Assembly (NCBI GenBank): GCA_011389815.1
Contig: JAABTP010000020.1
Location: 1 to 24,000, forward strand
DNA: 24,000 bases
From: Desulfobulbaceae bacterium
Lineage (GTDB): Bacteria > Desulfobacterota > Desulfobulbia > Desulfobulbales > Desulfobulbaceae
Reading direction: 5' to 3'
The position numbers and the translations under genes were made by a program. Under the pieces are notes generated by a model. It was not told the DNA's origin and made no database searches. It saw nothing but the letters and a program-made list of their open reading frames with translations. Positions 22,993 to 24,000 of this stretch are shown here, in pieces. Each line of letters begins with the position of its first letter. Within the stretch, counting starts at the first letter, position 1.

Positions 22993-24000
22993 TCAATTAT
23001 GTTCACGGGTAGTATGAAAGACTATCTCCGGGAACAGCTCAGCCGTATGATTCAATCGCCATTGTCCATCAGCCAAAAAAGCCAGGTGCCCTTCTGCGTC
23101 AAGGGCCAGGTTACCCTGATTCTTGGCTTCAAAGGCTTTAAGGGTTTTCGCATCATCGCAGGTGACCCAGCGGGCAAGGCTGTACTGCACAGTCTCATAG
23201 ATAGCATCTACGTTATATTCAGCCTTGAGCCGGGCCATGGTCACCTCAAACTGAAGTACGCCTACAGCGCCGAGGATATAATCACTGCCCATGATCGGTC
23301 GGAAAAGCTGGACCGCCCCTTCCTCAGCCATCTGGACCAACCCCTTATGAAGTTGCTTGGTTTTGAGGGGATCCTTTAAAAGCACCCGACGAAAATGCTC
23401 AGGCGCAAAATTGGGAATGCCGGTAAATTTAAGTTGCTCTTTATCAGTAAAGGTGTCACCGATCTTAATGGTGCCGTGGTTATGGATACCAATGATATCT
23501 CCGGGATAGGCCACATCCACATTAGCCCGGTTCTGGGCCATAAAAACCGTGGCCTTACTGAGATTGATATCTTTGCCCAGGCGATGATGCTTGACCCGCA
23601 TACCACGGGTGAATTTACCAGAACAGATGCGAAAAAAGGCAAGTCGATCACGATGAGCCGGGTCCATATTGGCCTGTATTTTAAAAGTAAAACCACTAAA
23701 GGCCTCTTCATGGGGATACACCTCACGGGAAACCGCATTACGGGGGCCGGGAGCCGGAGAAAGCTCAACAAAATTATCCAACAGCTCTTTGACACCAAAA
23801 TTATTAATAGCACTGCCAAAAAATACCGGGGTCTGACCTGCTTTGAGATAATCCTCATAGGAAAAAGGATTGGCTGCACCGTGCAGCAACTCCACATCTT
23901 CACGCAACTGCTCGGCATCAGTCTTTCCCAGGATTTCATCCAGGCGAGAATCATCCAGCCCTTTGACGATGACCCGGTCCTCGGGCCGGGTTTCCTGACT
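22993..24000 (-). CDS. prfC: Peptide chain release factor 3 (C-terminal two thirds; 5' end outside the window)
   Basis: The tracked ORF 22993..23907 begins at an internal TTG. The frame stays open to base 24000 (...[42 protein letters not shown]...). The motifs [19 protein letters not shown] and [25 protein letters not shown] are typical of RF3. Confidence 0.9.
   Translation of the reverse strand, partial: SQETRPEDRVIVKGLDDSRLDEILGKTDAEQLREDVELLHGAANPFSYEDYLKAGQTPVFFGSAINNFGVKELLDNFVELSPAPGPRNAVSREVYPHEEAFSGFTFKIQANMDPAHRDRLAFFRICSGKFTRGMRVKHHRLGKDINLSKATVFMAQNRANVDVAYPGDIIGIHNHGTIKIGDTFTDKEQLKFTGIPNFAPEHFRRVLLKDPLKTKQLHKGLVQMAEEGAVQLFRPIMGSDYILGAVGVLQFEVTMARLKAEYNVDAIYETVQYSLARWVTCDDAKTLKAFEAKNQGNLALDAEGHLAFLADGQWRLNHTAELFPEIVFHTTREHN

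Noticed and set aside
23376-23954. Minus-strand ORF of 192 aa in an alternative frame of prfC, and the 22999..23379 plus-strand ORF
   Set aside because: The RF3 frame is identified by conserved motifs and stays open to the window edge. These overlapping frames are shadows.
1-24000. tRNA, rRNA, tmRNA, RNase P and CRISPR arrays
   Set aside because: I scanned the intergenic regions by eye for cloverleaf-like acceptor/T-arm patterns, spaced direct repeats and conserved rRNA blocks and found none. This is a by-eye negative and should be confirmed with tRNAscan-SE/Infernal.

Overview
This looks like a chromosomal window from a diderm bacterium, since it carries lipobox lipoproteins and beta-barrel proteins ending in an aromatic residue. 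The gene content (split PntAA/PntAB/PntB, MtaD, a YkgJ-type Cys-cluster protein, REP-like palindromes) would fit a Desulfobacterota/deltaproteobacterial-type genome, but I cannot verify taxonomy from sequence alone. Most of the window is housekeeping. Layout: (1) the 3' part of an IS4-family transposase gene runs off the left edge (3..614). (2) A MoeA-like molybdopterin-binding gene (-), a Trm112-like gene and an MscS-type channel follow. (3) A znuA-znuC-znuB zinc uptake operon sits at 3557..6123. (4) Directly downstream on the same strand, at 6245..10224, are six orphan envelope genes: four consecutive lipoproteins (one of 47 aa is absent from the ORF track) and two putative outer-membrane beta-barrel proteins. 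They are rich in in-frame tandem repeats and Cys-Pro motifs, and this is the most unusual part of the window. (5) pntAA-pntAB-pntB lies on the minus strand. (6) A hypothetical gene, punA-like and mtaD form an operon. (7) A PHP-family histidinol phosphatase (-), a YkgJ-family Cys-cluster protein with a coiled-coil tail, a BASS-family transporter (-) and cspA (-) follow. (8) A small mobile-DNA patch between cspA and prfC holds a degraded insertion sequence with three copies of its terminal repeat and a pRiA4b-ORF3-family gene. (9) prfC runs off the right edge. Two copies of a 27-9-27 nt REP-like palindromic element sit at convergent gene junctions. I recognised no rRNA, tRNA or CRISPR array.
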